From Candidatus Micrarchaeota archaeon (GTDB lineage: Archaea > Micrarchaeota > Micrarchaeia > Micrarchaeales > CABMGC01): a stretch of DNA of 36,375 nucleotides. The stretch lies in NCBI GenBank assembly GCA_964548595.1, contig CAZJQO010000015.1, positions 1 to 36,375 of the forward strand. Direction: 5' to 3'. This document shows positions 35,133 through 36,375 of this stretch, in pieces. The stretch's first letter is position 1. Every line of letters begins with the position of its first letter. The notes beneath the pieces are model-generated. The model was not told the DNA's origin. It saw nothing but the letters and a program-made list of their open reading frames with translations, and did no database searches. The position numbers and the translations under genes were made by a program.

Positions 35133-35232
35133 AGGGCGGGAAATATCACCACCTCAACGACCCTTTCACTGCGAGGTTGCGAGCTTAGAGCCCCTCGTGA
35201 GCCTGCGAACGAGCTGAACTTAAGGAAAGAAT
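35133..35232. repeat. Direct repeat B (partner of 33208-33312)
   Basis: See repeat A for the alignment. Copy B sits directly upstream of the A/T box (GAAAGAATTTAACA) and start codon of the RelB-like gene. Confidence 0.8.
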
Positions 35233-35260
35233 TTAACACCAGTCTTGACACAATACTAAC

Positions 35261-35461
35261 ATGGAAATGACTGCTACGGAAATGAAGATGATAGGCAGGA
35301 AGCTTGACAGGCTTGAGGTTGAGGTCACGAGGCTAAGGGCTAGGCTGATACCCACAGAGAAGATAAGTGAGAAGGAGAAAAGGGAGCTGAAGGCTGCCGA
35401 GAAGAGGATCGCCAAGGGCGAGTGGATCAGTTTCGAAGAGCTTACCAAAGAGTTCAGTTGA
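35261..35461 (+). CDS. RelB-like / ribbon-helix antitoxin candidate
   Basis: The 66-aa ORF sits immediately upstream of a RelE/ParE-like ORF. The C-terminal EKEKRELKAAEKRIAKGEWISFEELTKEF is typical of small archaeal antitoxins that pair with RelE. Confidence 0.5.
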   Translation: MEMTATEMKMIGRKLDRLEVEVTRLRARLIPTEKISEKEKRELKAAEKRIAKGEWISFEELTKEFS

Positions 35462-35471
35462 TTGGTTATTC

Positions 35472-35729
35472 TTGATAAAGACCGACAGGAAGGTCGAGAA
35501 ATCATACAGGAAACTGCCGGAATTCTACAGGAGGCGTATTTTTGGGCTGGGCCAGGTACTTGCAATCAAACCCGTACCAGTTCACGACTATGACGTTACA
35601 AAACTTGGAGGCACGGAGGATACCTATAGGGTAAGGATAGGCGATATACGCATCTCATACGTTGTCTTTTGGGCAAAGCAGGAGATACACATATCTGAGA
35701 TCAAGTGGAGAGGTAAGGCTTACAAGTAG
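35472..35729 (+). CDS. RelE/ParE-family toxin
   Basis: The 85-aa ORF starts with TTG, 10 nt after the antitoxin stop. TYRVRIGDIRISYVVFWAKQEIHISEIKWRGKAY matches the C-terminal RelE/ParE signature (YR-R-GDYR-I-Y...I..I.HR). Confidence 0.65.
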   Translation: MIKTDRKVEKSYRKLPEFYRRRIFGLGQVLAIKPVPVHDYDVTKLGGTEDTYRVRIGDIRISYVVFWAKQEIHISEIKWRGKAYK

Positions 35730-35747
35730 TGCATACCGGGCGAAGGC

Positions 35748-35849
35748 CTGCCGACGAAGAACGCGGCCAAAATAACGGTACAGTGTGTAGAAACTGCAAA
35801 TAAAGCATATGCTAATTAAGGGGTTCCGCAGAAGTAATAGCGTGAGGAA
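35748..35849 (+). promoter_or_regulatory. Conserved promoter/5' leader, copy D (upstream of orphan Y)
   Basis: See copy C for the alignment. This copy ends at the ATG at 35850. Confidence 0.65.
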
Positions 35850-36375
35850 ATGGACCCGAAAATGAGAACACAGGAAAATCTTGCGTTCAAGGAATACAAG
35901 GTTGAGGGACTGTGCCACTCCTACTCCCTATCCGTGGCCTTTCCGACCGAGAGCGTTAATCTGGAAGAGACGGACAAGGCGCTGAACCTAAAGGGGCTTG
36001 TGCGCGCTCCCACCAGCAAGATACTGCGTGTTCTGTGCGATAATTACGACCTTAAAAGCAGGATAGTAGGAAAATGGGGCTATGCTGCCGAAAAGGGACT
36101 CGAGAAATCTGGCTGGTATCTTTTCAACATGGAGACCGGCGAACTGGAGGAACCCAACGGTGGTGGTGGGCCTGCAAAAGATCTGGTGCGTACACAGTCT
36201 GGTGATCGGACGCGCAAGGTCGGCGTCCGCCCGGACTTCGTCGCCCAGGTCGGCAGCAGGCGCTTCGGCCTTCTTGGCGTCGGCACGCCCGACGATGCTG
36301 CTTCGGTGGTTTTCGGAATCAAGCCTGATGGCGCCGCGCCGGTTGCGAAGGAACTGCGCGTGGAGAATGGGGAAA
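35850..36375 (+). CDS. Orphan protein Y (partial; open to the end of the window)
   Basis: I read this frame by hand and found no stop for 175 codons: MDPKMRTQENLAFKEYKVEGLCHSYSLSVAFPTESVNLEE...GVRPDFVAQVGSRRFGLLGVGTPDDAASVVFGIKPDGAAPVAKELRVENGE. It is absent from the ORF track because it has no stop. It is preceded by the conserved leader, including the GTGAGG SD. Confidence 0.45.
   Translation, partial: MDPKMRTQENLAFKEYKVEGLCHSYSLSVAFPTESVNLEETDKALNLKGLVRAPTSKILRVLCDNYDLKSRIVGKWGYAAEKGLEKSGWYLFNMETGELEEPNGGGGPAKDLVRTQSGDRTRKVGVRPDFVAQVGSRRFGLLGVGTPDDAASVVFGIKPDGAAPVAKELRVENGE

Noticed and set aside
34016-35918. Minus-strand ORFs 34016-34237 and 35655-35918, which share the peptide motifs RNPLI and RYFG(K/R)V(P/L)RRQ.
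   Set aside because: The shared residues coincide exactly with the conserved nucleotide blocks of the plus-strand leader repeats, and similarity vanishes between blocks. They reflect the DNA repeat, not a conserved protein.

Overview
This window is an archaeal chromosomal segment. That assignment rests on split RNA polymerase genes (rpoH-B''-B'-A'-A''), PCNA, an Rpp21-type RNase P protein, SRP54, Kae1/Bud32, an Sm-like protein, archaeal-type DTD2 and ribosomal protein L41e. I cannot place the lineage from sequence alone. A tRNA-Ile with a UAU anticodon and a compact bacterial-type grpE-dnaK-dnaJ operon point to an unusual, possibly DPANN-like or other uncultured group.

Most of the window is housekeeping. 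By eye (not computed), lower-GC accessory patches interrupt it: 0.5-2.7 kb and 12.1-14.5 kb (paralogous tandem Lrp/AsnC-like regulators), 27.4-28.5 kb (an orphan 300-aa protein) and 33.1-36.4 kb.

The last patch is the most interesting. It holds two consecutive modules with the same layout: a ~100-bp direct repeat, then a cargo (an NYN RNase, or a RelB/RelE pair), then a ~100-nt near-identical promoter/leader, then an orphan gene (X, or the partial Y).

The second recurring signal is a palindromic element, GGGAAGCCCAC-N-GTGGGAGGATGTCAC. It occurs three times in 3' intergenic regions, with a compensatory stem change between two copies. Two copies bracket a ~300-bp ORF-poor module between convergent genes.

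All protein calls come from motif recognition in the supplied translations. No database search was possible. Start codons are approximate, and several ORFs use GTG or TTG.
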